Made by a program: the position numbers and the translations under genes
NCBI RefSeq assembly: GCF_036321535.1
Contig: NC_087447.1
Location: forward strand, 43,960,001 to 44,024,000
DNA length: 64,000 nucleotides
Origin: Camelus dromedarius
Taxonomy: Eukaryota
Direction: 5' to 3'
Notes under the pieces: generated by a model
Database searches by the model: none
What the model was told of the DNA's origin: nothing
Seen by the model: the letters and a program-made list of their open reading frames with translations, nothing else
In this document: in pieces, positions 49,763 through 63,265 of the stretch
How positions within the stretch are numbered: position 1 is the stretch's first letter
Layout: every line of letters starts with the position of its first letter

Positions 49763-50529
49763 TCCATAAAACGTAGCAATACCTAAGGCTATTTTTCTCT
49801 TTGTTATTTAAAAAAAGAATAACAACAACATCGGCAGTCTCTATCAAATATCACCAACCTCCAATCCTATGTATGCGTTTAGGGGTTTGAAAATGGGAAC
49901 GCTAATAATTTTAAAGATGTGGAAAAAGAGTTCAGCATTATGAGTGTGGAGATGAGACTACTGCAGAAAATCTTACAGGTCTTGGTTGGTATATAGGGTC
50001 TTTTCAGGCAAAGTGGTCCTTCTGTTAATTATTTCTTCTTTCTCCTGTATTCACTTCTCTCTCTCTCAACTGGTCTTTTCCACCCAGAATGGAAACATAC
50101 TAAAGCACCTCCCTTAAAAAAGCAAAACTAAAACAGCTCTCCTCTGACCTTCCCCTCTCCTCTAGCAACTTCCTTGTCTCACAGATAGGTTTTCTAACTT
50201 CAGTGACCCTACAGGAACAAATCCACCCAATACGCAGACAGTTACATGGTATTACATGGTACAGTGCTTCTCAAGGAGGTGTTGGGGTCAGCGTGGGCTG
50301 TCAGAATTTTGGGAAGAACGATATCAAGGTCACGGACAGGCACAGGATACGCTGTCCTTATCTCTAACTTCTGCTCCCAGATGAGAACTACTGTTGTAGA
50401 ATTATGTCATGTTAACTTCTCATTGTTGAGTGTTTTGATCAGTCCTCCAGATGAAACCAAAACCCTGTTCCTGCTAGTTAGATCCAAATCTGGGAGACAT
50501 AAAGCTGATTAAAACATATATACTCACTC

Positions 50530-50900
50530 TCTTAAGTTAGGTTCCCCAGAAACAGACTCTGCCACCAAGATTTGATGTAGCAGGTTTATTAAAGACTGTT
50601 CTTGAGAACAATACCTAGAAACAAGTAAGAGAAACTGGACTTTGCTAAGAAGGAGGTTGAAGTGGTATGTGGCTGCACTGAGGTTACAGCCAATATCATC
50701 AGAGCTCTGAAGCTGGGATGGCCCTTCAGAGATGTCCTGAATTGGGGCAAGGGGACTGGATTCTGATATCTTTGCATCAATCAGCCACTGAATGCTGGTT
50801 TCTCTGGGGAAGGAGTATAAACTTCGAAAAGGACAATTTCTGCAGAGGGACTTGGCCACGAGCAGACAGCAGTCAACCTTCCTGACAACTGGAAGAGGGT
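50530..50900 (-). mobile_element. ERVL LTR (LTR16-like) remnant
   Basis: ttaggttccccagaaacagactctg...gcaggtttatt...gagctctgaagctgggatggcccttcagagatgtcc. Confidence 0.65.
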
Positions 50901-51584
50901 CTCAGAAAGCAGGCTTTAGCATCTAGTGCATCCACCTTCCTCCCTCCAAGTCACCCTACTCAAGCCTATTCAGGTCACTCAGCCTTGTCCATCCTTTCTG
51001 ATGCACGGGTCTGGTGGACGTCTCACAACACTGAGGTGACTTAGTTCATCAGCCTAAACCTGCTCTAGGGTAGGGGGTGGGCAGCAGGATTTGTTTCATC
51101 CCTTTTCTCCTCTCCAGGAATCGGGCTCTATTCACTTCCAACAATAAGCAACCACAACTAAACTTTTTCTTCTCAGAGACTTCCTCCAATCTCAGGGACT
51201 TTCTCCAAAACCTGTTCGAAAGGTGACTAATCAAAGTCAATGCAACTCTAAGGAAAGCAGCTTCCATACCCTTTGTCTACCCATCCCTTTAATTAGAATC
51301 TCAGTAACTTCTAATGGGCAAAGTCAAAGGACACCTTTGTCCTCAATTTGACATCTCTAGAATATGCCTTTGTGTTACACTTTGAAACTCCCTTCTCTCC
51401 TTCCCCCACAGTTTTTGGACCTCACATTCTCTTCATACTCTATTTACCTAATCTTATCTCTGAGATTCTAGATTCCTCTCTTCTGTCTATCCCTAAAGCA
51501 CCAGAATAGTATCTAGACTATAGTAATAACCCCCAAATTGTATTTGCCAGTATTATTCTTTCTTTACACATCAACCATATACTG

Positions 51585-51707
51585 GGTTTTTTTTGGGGGG
51601 GGTAGGTTTGTTTGTTTGTTTGTTTATAACAGAAGTACTGGGGACTGAACCCAGGACCTTGTGCATGCTAAGCACACACTCTACTACTGAGCTGTACTCT
51701 CCCCTCT
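51585..51707 (-). mobile_element. Camelid tRNA-derived SINE with 12-bp target-site duplication
   Basis: gtactggggactgaacccaggaccttgtgcatgctaagcacacactctactactgagctg. Flanks aaccatatactg (51573-84) and aaccatatgctg (51708-19). Confidence 0.9.
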
Positions 51708-53032
51708 AACCATATGCTGTTGATGTCCGTATCTTTACATCTGGCTCATATATCCTTAGTGAACAATTCTGTGTGATGTGTGAGTGTACATACTGGACCT
51801 GTCTGGACATTTAAATTCAATTATCTGAGGCAAGTTATACACAGTATGTCCTCTTTTTCGCTGAACCCAATTCTATATTCCCTGCCTCAAGTAATGGTAT
51901 CATGACCCACGCCCATCACCAAGCCATTCTAGGCTCTGGCTTCTCTTCTCAGTCCATGTCTAATCAAACACCAAGTCTGTTTATTCTGTTTGCTAAGCAG
52001 CTTTTGAATCTCTCCACTACTCTCCACATTGCTACTGGCCCTAGTAGAAGCCTCATAAATTCTCACCTAAACCTACTAAATAGCTTCTTAATGGGTTTCC
52101 TCACTCCATTCTCCCCTCATCCAATTCATTTCCCACACTGCCACCAGAATGAGCTGCTTAAAACACACATCTAATCTTATTGCTCCCTTCCTTAAAAGCT
52201 TTCAACTTCCAATTGCCTTCTGGATAATGTTCAAACTCTTCATCATGGCATTTAAGAAAACCTCATGATCTGGCCCTTACCCAGCTCCCTGGCCTTATCT
52301 CTTCCACACTCCACTGCAGACATGCCAGGCCTTTTGTAATTTCCAGAATCTATCACATTTCTCATACCACCACATCTTGCTTCTGCTGATCCAGCTGGAA
52401 CGTCTTTTCTTACATATGGAAACTTTATCAGAAATGAGTTAGGTTTTTGTAGCATTTCTCATCTGACCACACTGTCCAACGAAAAGAACTACAGGGGTGA
52501 GGGCCAGTTGTTAAGTTTTACCTGGGCATTCCATGGCATATATGATTGGAGGGGTAGAGATGAATGGAGACCATGGTCAATTCCTAGAGATACAGAAATG
52601 TACCACCATCACTTCAAAACTGAAGTTAGGAAAAAGTATAAAGGATATTACAACTTTGAGAAGACAGGAACCAAAATTCAATTTGCTACTGACCCAATGC
52701 AACAAATGAAGTGAAAATATCATTGGAAAACAGAGTGAGACCAAATCAACATACTAGCAATTTCAGGTTCATAAAAAGATGTTCACAAGAGGATGGATTA
52801 AAGGGCAACGACATGCCCACTGTCCACCATTAGTCACTACATGCAAGTAGAAGCCGGCCGGGTGGCAGTTCTCTTGGCTTTCTCCAGCCCATGCTGCCTA
52901 AGTGTGGCAACCCCACTTTCCTGGAAATAGACAAAGCTATGAGCCAAAACTACCCATAGCCACCTGCCTAGGTCCAAGGGTCCTGCTTGGCAGTAATATT
53001 TCTGGTATCTCCCTCTTTTACAAACTTCCAGG

Positions 53033-53485
53033 TGTTAAAGAGAAAAACCACAGGCCCAAAGCAGTGTCACTTGTGCCAAAACACGTGATACCAAGCCTAG
53101 GTTTAGTACCTAGCCTAAGTGCAATCTCAACCTTCACCAAAAATGCAATTTTAATCAACCATCTGGAATTTTCTGGCCAGCACCCATGAGGTCATCTGTC
53201 ACAGAGGCCCTCTCCATCCTCTCGGAGGGAGAAGAGGCAACGTGCATGATAAAATCCTTGCCATTCCCTCCCCACCCACCCCCTGCAAAAGACATCCTGC
53301 CTAGAAATAATCCTTTCTGTTTTTTTGCTAACAGGTTTCCTTGCCCTACCCTTCTTCCTATAAAAACCTTCCATTTCATACAACCCTCAGAATGCCCTCC
53401 TAGTTGCTAGGTGGGATGCTGTCCGATTCATGAATTGATGGATAAAGCCAATCAGTTCTTAAAATTTACTCTTTTGTTTTTAACA
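53033..53485 (+). mobile_element. Solo ERV1 LTR (MER34-like)
   Basis: Inverted termini tgttaaa...tttaaca, TATAAAA at 53359, degenerate poly(A) signal gataaa near 53441, and near-duplicate flanks ccagg / caagg. Confidence 0.82.
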
Positions 53486-54804
53486 CAAGGAATTAACATG
53501 CCCATTGGATAGAATTTCTACAGTCACTTACATCACCTGAGGCATATTACCATCAGTCACCTCTTAAAAGAGACCCACCTAAGGTGAATACCTATGCATC
53601 TATCTGCCTTGCAAGGGGAGGCCTGCCTACATCTTATCTGTGATCTTTTAGCAAGTAACTGCTTCTTTAGGTCAACAGATGTCAGAATTATATAGGATTT
53701 GAAGGAACTCACTCCAGTGGGGGATGGGGGTGGAAACTATGTAACGCTTCAGGGGGGAAATCAAGAAGCACGTAAAACAAATCAGTACTTCCAAACAGAA
53801 TATTAAACTGAATAACTAGGGAAAATTGGCCAACATTTAAAAAAAAGAGTTAATGTAAGAAAACAGGAGAAAACTTTGAAGAATTCTAAATCCTATTTTC
53901 TGTTAATGGGACATAATATTGATAAAACACAACAGGCTGCCATACTAAAGAGCAATTTGATGATAACAAAGTATTTTTCAATATAAAAATCATATTTGCC
54001 AAAATAAAAAATTTAGTAGACGCAATGAACAACGAATGTATGCTACCAAACACTAAAGAGTTTAATTATTGAAATAATACCCCCACAATGGAGAGCAGAA
54101 AGACAAAGAGATAGAAATTATAAGAACACTCACGGAGGATACAACAAGGTGCTCCAATTTGAACAATGAGAGGATTGAAAGGAGAGAAAACTGCTGATGA
54201 AGAAGAAATGGCAATATAAACTGAGCTGAAGTAAACATTCTCTCAGTTGAAAAACCAAATACTGGCCAAGATTATTGAAAAAATATCTACATACACTTTA
54301 CATACCCTGGTAACATTCTGAAATCAAAACATGAAGTTCTAAAAGCTTCCACGTGAAAAACAGTAGTTACTTAAAAAGAAAAATAATCAGATTGGCACCA
54401 ATAACTTCATATTAAATACCAGCTATACAGTATCAATGGAGCAGTTTCTGTGGATTTTTAAGACAAAGAGATGGTAATTTTGTATTATCGTATCCAACCA
54501 AATTCTGTTCATTCGTGATGGCAAGGAATTTTTAGACATGCACACACTTAGAAAGCACTGCATCCATATTTCCTTTCTGAAAATAAAAAGATTCTTATAA
54601 AAGTACTCTAGCCAAATGAAAATTGCATTAGCATAAAGATCTCAAGATGTTGAAAATTTAGTGTATGAGAAATGGTAGCAATCAATGAGACTAGTGGTAA
54701 TCTAATTTAAATAACAGTTGGTACTATGGTCCTGAAATATGTGAGAATTGTTAAGAATTCTTGAAATAGAAAGGACATAATGTAAGAAAAAATGAATTAA
54801 CAGT

Positions 54805-55035
54805 GTAGGGACAAATTCAAGTGCAGATTCTCAAGCTTAACTGCTGCTTCATCACTTTCTAGCTATTATAATCAAGAGCAAAGTATTTTAACCTCTTGTG
54901 CCTTGATTTCCTCCTCAGTGTGATAGGATTGATAATGGCATCTGCTTCATAGGGTTACTGAGAAAAATAAATAAATTAGTACATAAAAGGCTTAGAAGAG
55001 TATTTGGCACATAGTAGGTACTTAGTAAATATAAT
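54805..55035 (+). mobile_element. MIR SINE
   Basis: tatttta acctcttgtgccttgatttcctc...cttcatagggttactgagaa...tggcacatagtaggtacttagtaaat. Confidence 0.75.
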
Positions 55036-55816
55036 CTGCCATCAGCATTGCTGTTATTATATCATTGAGAGGGCAGAAACATAGTTGCTAGTTCATTATT
55101 AACAGCAGCAGGGAAAAACAAAGGTTCAAATGCTTATTTAAATTAAGGAAACCAGTAGAAAACTTGAAATAGGTTATAGAACTTCGAAATCAAATGAGAA
55201 AAGGGAAACAAACACAATATAATTAATTCAGCTAAGTAACCAAGATGACAAATACAGGACAAGGAACTTGTCTGAGGGGATGATTATAAGCCAAATTTTG
55301 GACACCATGAATTTGAGATTCTTGGACAGTTAATTGGGATATTTGGGATTCAATTTAAGAGAGAAATCTGGATTGGGGCATATATTTTTGAAAATAAAAT
55401 TCAGAGATATAGTTAAAGCATGAGAGGATTTCAAGAAGGAAGATTAGGGTCACGTGTATTGAAAGATCTGATAAATTAGTTTGGTTTGGCCACTAGGAGA
55501 TCACTGGTAACCTGGTGAAAACAAGCTCTACAACAGGAGACTGAAGAGGTCCACTGTGGGACCCCAGCAGCGTGGACAATCAGATGGCTAGACCTAATAA
55601 CATTACCTGGGAAAGGCTATAATCAGGCAAGAATATACCTGTCTCTGTGCAGAGATAGAAACCTTCACACATGTAATGACATCCTAGGAATAGGACACAG
55701 GCCCCAGGGCAGAGACAGTCATCACGTCATTCATTCAACAAATATTCTTGACCACCTATGTGCCAGATGCTGTGCTGGCCTCTAGGGATCCAGTGGTGAA
55801 CAGAACACATCTTTCC

Positions 55817-56552
55817 AAAGGGAACTCTTATATACTGCTGGTGGGAATGTAAACTGGTGCAGCCACAAAGGGAAATAGTCTGAGATTCCTTAAAAAACAA
55901 AAAACAGAACTACCATATGATCCAGCAATTCTACTCCTGGGTATATATCCAGAAAAAAAATGAAAACTCTAATTCAAAAAGATGTAAGATCCCAATGTTC
56001 ATAACCATACTATTTATGATAGCCAAGACACAGAAGCAACCGAAGAGCCTATCAACAGATGAATAGATAAAGAAGATGTAATACATACATATATACAATG
56101 GAATAATGCTCAGTCACTAAAAGAATGAAATTCTGCCATTTGCAACAACGTGGATGGACCTAGAGAATATTATGCTTAGTGAAATAAGCCAGACAGGGAA
56201 AAACAAATACTATATGATATCACTTATATGTGGAATCTAAAAAATAATACAAATGAATGTATATGCAAAACAGAAACAGACTCACAGATATAGAAACCAA
56301 ACTTGTGGTTACCAAAGGGGAGAGTTAACAGGGGAGTGACAAATTAGGGGTATGAGATTAACAGATACAAACTACTTTGTATAAAATAGATAAGCAATAA
56401 GGACATATTATATATATAGCACAGGGAATTATAGCCATTACCTTGTAATAACTTATAATGGAGTATAATATACAAAAATACTGAACAACTGTGCTACACA
56501 CCTGAAACTAATATAATACTGTAAATCAATTATACTTCAGTTAAAAAAATAA
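55817..56552 (+). mobile_element. L1 3' fragment (ORF2 end, 3' UTR, A tail)
   Basis: actgctggtgggaatgtaaactggtgcagccac...gaactaccatatgatccagcaattctactcctgggtatatatcc...tatacttcagttaaaaaaat. Confidence 0.93.
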
Positions 56553-59229
56553 GGTCACGCCTTCCCTTCCCCTAAGTGGTATGATAGTTTACAGCCATGA
56601 AAAAAAAAGAAGTCTTTGCTCAATCCATGAGACAGAGAGGTTTCTCTCTAGATGCTAAATCAGCAAGATAAATGCTGGCTCCATATAAGAAGGCTCCAAC
56701 TTCTTTCTTTATGTTGCCAGAGAGAAATGTTTATTTCTTTTAGCATTCAGTATTTCCCGAATATAAGATATTTAGAATATAGGATTCATATAGGATATAT
56801 AGGATGTCAACTATATTACACTTTGAGTTTCAGAATCCTGTGCATCCCATTAAAAGGAACTTCCCTTTACTGGAGTTGCAGACCGCCCACTTATTATTCA
56901 TTCTCCTTAGATATGCTGCCAGCAAGAAAAGTCTCTCTTTCAGGGCTCCCTACAAACTCTAGGTCATTTATATAGGAGAAAGTCTGGGCATTTCTTATGG
57001 ACATCCCTTCCCTTCCCTCCACCTCATCCACCTCAAACCAATCTTAGGAAGGAGACTGAGGAAGGGTCAGGAATACCTTTTCCTGCAGTCCTTGTAAATC
57101 CTCTACCAGGAATTTAAACTTCATAGTTGTCAATTATGTAGTGATAGATCGCAGTTTCCTGTCTGCGTCACTTCACATTCTCATGTAATGGTGCTGCATT
57201 TCCTTTTGCAGGGGTAGTACAGGGACCATTTCTCATCCATTACCTTGCGTGAGTGAGTAATGGAAGACTCAGAATTCAGAGTTTTATGTATGAATTCCAA
57301 AGATGTACTGTACTATATAGAACTAGGGACTAGAGCAAGGAAATCTTTACTAAAAAAAAAATAGGTGCAGAGGGCACCAAAAACAAAAGCATACATAAAG
57401 CCCACCTGGGAACATGAACCCTGAAGAGGGCCAGAAGGACCTGTCCTTAACTTGTTAAAATCCAATGGGACTAGAATTGGATATTAAATTTGGGGTATGG
57501 GTTCAGGAGATAAAAATCAGTGATAAAAAAAGCAAGAGCAAGAGGTACAAAAGTTCAGTGATGACTTTATGGAATTTTAAAATGGAACTAGGATAAAATC
57601 TGCAGAGTTTCTGAGCTCTTACTGAAACTGCATGCACCCTCCATGAGCATGAAGTGATTTTCTTGTGGTATTAAGTCAGAATACGTCTTTCTGGGCTGTA
57701 GGAAAAATGAGAACATACGTTTGCACTAGTTCTAATACGCATCCTTTAGATTCAGTCTGCTCTAGTTTTCTGGAAAATTATTACTGTCGGTGGCTGGATA
57801 GTCCATTCAATGGATACATTATAGTCAACTTATCCATTCCCTTACTGTTGAAAAATTTACGTTATTTCCATTCTTCACTAATATTGTACTATGATTAACA
57901 TATGCATAATGTATTTGCATTTGTTTTAAAATTACATTATATCCTTAGGATAGATATAGTTGCAGAATTTTAAGAAGGAATGTGATCTGGTCAGATCAAT
58001 ACCTTGGAAATATAATTCTGATAAAAGGGGAAAAGAATTGGAAACAGGTAAACAAAATAGGAACTATTAACAATAACCTAGGTAAAAATAATAATATTAA
58101 TTATTCTGAACTAAGGAATTAGCAGGGACAATGAATACTAAAGGGACAAGTAACAGAACAGGATGTCTGAGCAGATGTAGTAGGGAGAGAGAGGAGGAAT
58201 TCGGGTAATTCCTTGGTTTCTAGGAGGTGAATGAATTGAGTTTAAGGTGTCTAAGACACATCATGAGGGGGATTTCAAGTGGCTAGTTGGGATGCACAGC
58301 TCTGGAGCACAGGATATTTACAAAGTGGAAGACACACCTATTATTTGTCTGCATGTAGGTAATACTTGAAGTTGAAATTGCATGGATACGATTGCCAAGG
58401 AACATCATGCAAAGAAAAGAGGTCAAGAAAGGCCGTACTCTTGGGATACAAAAAAATAATATGAGAGGGCAGAGGAAGAAGACCTTTTTCCTTCAAAATA
58501 GAGGTCAGTGATATAGAAGAGCCAAAATATGATGTGATTACAGAAACCAAGTGGAGAGAGCTTCAAAAATGGAATAAAAATATTTCCTAAAAAGGCAGTA
58601 AGCTACAGACAAGTCTAGTAGGATAAGGATTAGAAAACAACTGGTTTAAACCTTCTCCTGGCGTTTCGATTCCTTCAGCAGTTTCTGTTTCCAAATGGGC
58701 TAGAATTAGATTCTCAGTAAATTATTAAAAAATAAAATGCATATTTATAAGTGATGCTTATCCTATGCCTAAAATTCAAAAAATTATGTATTATAGACTT
58801 ATTTCTGCTATAAGCATTTTGGCCACTGATGTGTTTTATATGTTTACACCAAACAGCATACACTTACTGGTTTTAGAACTTATGTATAAATTTAACCTTT
58901 TTTTAAATAGGATTCATCTTTGGTCTTTTACTGTACCCACTAAAATATTTTGCCTATTGTCATTTCTTATTAAATATTTATCGGATTTATTTAATTAAAT
59001 CTAAGGCCTAATTTGGAGCACTGAATAGATACTCAATAAATGTTTATTGAATGAATAAATTAGTGACTAAATGAACTTAAAGCTTTAGTCCGCAGAGACT
59101 GAATATTTTATCTTCCTCCTTTCAAAGGCACAGTGCTGTGTTACATCCCTGGGAGCACTGTTGAAGCTAGAGGCAATGTGGTATAACTGAATGAAGTGAT
59201 AAACATACTAATCAGCGCATGCTAGTCAC

Positions 59230-61197
59230 TGGCACCAGCTGTTCCAAACGTCTCTCCATCTACCAGAATCTGCACCTTTACTCATTCTCTTCATTCTCTT
59301 GTATAGATGAATACTTCCTGTGCTTATCTAAGGCCATCTGCTCCACTGATGGACTCAATAGTACGCTCATAAATGTTTAACAGCCTACTCTCCTGGGGGA
59401 AAATGCCCAGATTTGTAGCATCCACTGGTTTCGGTGGTGTAAATAGTTCCACTATGGCCTATTTCAAGCTACCAATGTGAAGTTACTGAACTGGAGTTGG
59501 GAAGAGATGCTCATGATCTGCTCTTGGGAGCCTGTATGAGCAGGGCTCAAGAACACCGCTAGACGTGGAAGATCGCATCCTTTCTTGTCACTCAACGCCA
59601 TCACTCTTGTGACTCTCTTTTACTCCTAAAATAATTTCCCTCTCTTCTGGAACTTCCTTATCAGCTTATAAACATACTATTATTTACCTTATTAAAGGAA
59701 AAAAAAAACCCACTCTCTTAAGCCTACTTCTGTTTCCAGCTACTATGCCCTTTTTCCGCTCCGCTTACAGGGGAAAAAAAACAATTAAGGAGCTGTGTAC
59801 ACTTACTGCATACAGTTCTTCTTTCTACTCTTTCTTAAACTCATTCGCTCAGACTCTGCCTCTACCACTCCACCAAAATTACTCTCTTCAAGATCAATAA
59901 TGACCTCATTGTTGCCAAATCCAATAATTCAAAGTTTAATTCCATATATAAAATCCATTTGATCTGAATTTAATTCCACAGCCTCATGTTACTTGACTAA
60001 TCAGCAGTATTGAACAATTGGCTTCCAATATCACTTCGGTCTCCTGGTTTCTCGCCACCCGTCCTGACCACTGCTTAGCATCCTGTGTTGGTTCCTCTTT
60101 CAGTCTTGATTTCTCAATGCTGGAGTAGCTCAGGGCTCAGTCATGGCTTTTCTCTATTTACACTCCTCCACTGGGGACTTATCTCATGGCTTTAAATATC
60201 ATCTATAAAAGGACAACTCCTAAATTGATGTCTCTCCCCTGAACCCTAGACTCATATATCCAATTGCTTTCTCAGCATCCACACTTGAATGTCGAATGGG
60301 CACCTTGATTTATCACGGCTAGAACTGAGCTTCTGCTCTTGCCTGGCTCATTCTGCTTCACTGTACTCTAGACCGTCGCAGCTAATGGCATCCTTCTCAC
60401 TGCTTAAGCCAAAACCTGGCAGCCATCACTTATTTTCCTCTATCCCTCCTATTTCACATCTTTCGTCAGTAAATCCTTTCAGATCTGTGTTACAGACACA
60501 TCTAGGCTCTGACCACACCTCTCCACATTCTCTTTTATTAAACTTCTCATACGGATGAGCCTTCTAACTGGTCTCCTGCTTCCTAAATGGTCCCTTGCTC
60601 CTCTATTATTCATTCTCAACACGGAGCCAATGTTATTTCTATTCAAATTTAGATGAGATCATGTCACCCTCTGCTGGAAAATCTCCACTGGCCTTTCATC
60701 TCATTCAGACTAAAGCCAAGATTCTTACAATGACTAATAACACGCCCAGATCGAGGCCTCTGTTACCTGCCTGATGTCATCGCCTTCCTTCCCTCCTACT
60801 CACTCTTTTCCAGCCACACTGGTCTCCTTGCCATTCCTCGAGCATGCTTAAGGTTCCTTGACCTTGAGGGCATTGTAAAGGCCGGTCCCCAGACCTGCAG
60901 CACACTCCTTACAGGTGTTTGTCTGGTTTAGTCCACTGCATTTTTTCCAAACTTTGTTGAAATGTTACTTTCTTGGTGATAACTTCCCTCACCTTCACCC
61001 CAGAACTCACAGTCTCTTAACTTGCTCTGTGTCTCTATAAGACTTCTAATATATTGTAATTCTTACTGTTTACTAGAAATGCAACTTTCTTTAGGGCAGG
61101 GAATTTTTTTTCTTATTTTGTTTATCAATATACCTCCAGCTCTAAGAACGGTTACTGGCATGTAGCAGGTATTCAATCATATTTGTTGAGTGAATAA
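59230..61197 (+). mobile_element. Long L2 remnant
   Basis: Pyrimidine-rich L2 body ending in tggcatgtagcaggtattcaatcatatttgttgagtgaat. Confidence 0.78.
59358..59560 (-). mobile_element. MER63-like hAT element nested in L2
   Basis: taaatgtttaacagcc...gatttgtagc...ggtgtaaatagttccac...atttcaagctaccaa...ggagttgggaagagatgc. Confidence 0.75.
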
Positions 61198-62489
61198 ACG
61201 TTCTCATTTAACTCTCAAAATACTATAAGAGAGGTATTATCAACTTTCTTACATTACAAATGAAAAACCTGAGGCTTAGGGATTCTATCTGGCCCACATT
61301 CAAAGAGCTGTTAAGTAAGTGGTAGAGTTGAAGTTCAAATTTATTAGTGTACTGAACAGAACACTAAAAATTATTAGTAGGGTCTGAGATTCACTAAATT
61401 ACGAACTATTACAGCAGACAGGTTTTTTAATTACCCGAATAAAATATTGGTTATACACAAGACTTGTGAATAATAATGATTTCTCCCAAAGGGTAGGGAG
61501 GTTTTAAAAACTGATTCCAATGATTTGGAGTAGGTATAACCACTCACTTTTGTCCTATTACAAGTTAATGAAAATCGCCTTAGTAAATCATGCATGCCTC
61601 CTAGAATACTGCCTGGCTTATAGGTATATTCAAATAGAGAAATCTTCCCTTTTGAAATTGAAAATGGAGAAGAGAGGAGTGCCACTTATTAGACGAAATT
61701 GTGCTGGATCAATATAGCTCTAAAATCCCTTGCAATTAGAACTAAATGCTTAATGTGAGCTCTATTCTTTTAGTGAAATACTATTCCCATCAGATATCCA
61801 AATATCTGAGTCAATTAAAGGGGAAAATTGGGCAGAAAGAGTGAAGGATCTCAAACTTTTAAGGAGATGTTCAGAGATGTACATTGTACCGAGAGGACAT
61901 AGGGCAAACTAAGGTCCAGAGGCGGGAAAGTGAAGAGTGGCGTTCACAGCATGGCGCAAAGTGGAATACAAAGTGTGTTTCAATGAAAAGTTGAAGGAAA
62001 ACATGGGAGGTGATGGCAGTGATGCTAGTCATTTCTTTAGCACTGGGAAACATTGAGTGTTCTTAAAGATGTGCAGTTGCATACATGGGTGTATGTGTGA
62101 TGACGAGGAGGAGGAGGATGATGAGAATGATGATACTGTAGCTGTAGACAACCAAAGGAGAGGAAAGGAGGTAAGTCTGTAAAATTTGTCAGCTCCCAAA
62201 AAGACCTTATTTACTAACTTATTTATACTGCACCTTAGTTCAAAGAAAGAATCTAAGATGGTTAATAGGCTGTTGCAGCATTTTAGAATGGGAAAGGCAA
62301 ATGCTGAGAGATGTTACAGAAAAGGAGACAGCCACTTGAAGGAAATGGGAGTAGGAAGCAAGTAATCTAAAACATAACCAATGCAATGGAAAGAAATGCA
62401 GGTGGAACCAGCCTAGGTAAATTAAGCATATGCCCAAGCATACACACATGTGGACACCACGCCAACCTGCATGGAATGAAAGGCATATC

Positions 62490-63265
62490 GTGAGCTGTCA
62501 CAGTAGGTACTGATCGTCCTGGTCCACGTGGGCTTTGGTACACAAGATGGTCACAGTCTGTATTTGTCACTGCATATGCAGAATAGCTTGTGTTGGGCTG
62601 TTATGCTGTGCAGTGCCTGTGATCGAGCGTTCAGGCTGACAAGTCCTGCGCTGTCACAGGGTATATGGACTGTTAGAACACAGGCAGGCTGAAACCTGCT
62701 GGGCTGTCAAGTTGCATACTGGTCTGCTAAGATATAACATCTCCTGGGCAGTCACAATACACACAGACTGACACAAAATGCCTGCCCCCTCAAGTAAAAT
62801 GGCTACTGTGGTTCTTGTGAAGCTGTCATGGTAGATACTGAGCTCTCCAGGCAGAAGGCTGTCACTGTGCATGCCAGCTGACAGATCCTGAACTATCACA
62901 GTTTATGTTCGCTGTCATGATACATACATCCTGACATACTCTGGGCTGTGACAGCAAAAATGAGAGTGTCACAAAAGACTCTCATGAGACTGACTCATGT
63001 TGGTCCTTCACAGTGTAAATGGTCTCAATCAGGGTGCATACAAGCTAACATACACTGTGCTGTCATAGATACTTGGTTGTCATGGTGCACGCAGATTGAT
63101 GTATGGGGCCGTCGCAGTATGTAATGGACTGGCATGGTACACATGCACTGACGGACTGTGGGCTGATATGGCATATATGGGGCCATTATGGTACATGTAG
63201 GCAAACATATTGGGCTGCCTTGGTGTCAACTGGGATGTCATGGTGTAAACAGGTTGACACATGGT
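62490..63265. repeat. Degenerate tandem array, core approx. TGGGCTGTCAYRGT..., irregular ~20-50 bp spacing
   Basis: At least 14 recognisable core variants, e.g. at 62494, 62650, 62703, 62748, 62822, 62858, 62911, 62945, 63059, 63076, 63108, 63234. Confidence 0.75.

Noticed and set aside
62093..62170. Actin pseudogene (MCDDEE start)
   Set aside because: No DNGSG motif or downstream actin sequence. The similarity is limited to a low-complexity acidic run.
62490..63265. CRISPR-like repeat-spacer array
   Set aside because: Mammalian context, highly degenerate repeats, irregular spacing and no cas genes.
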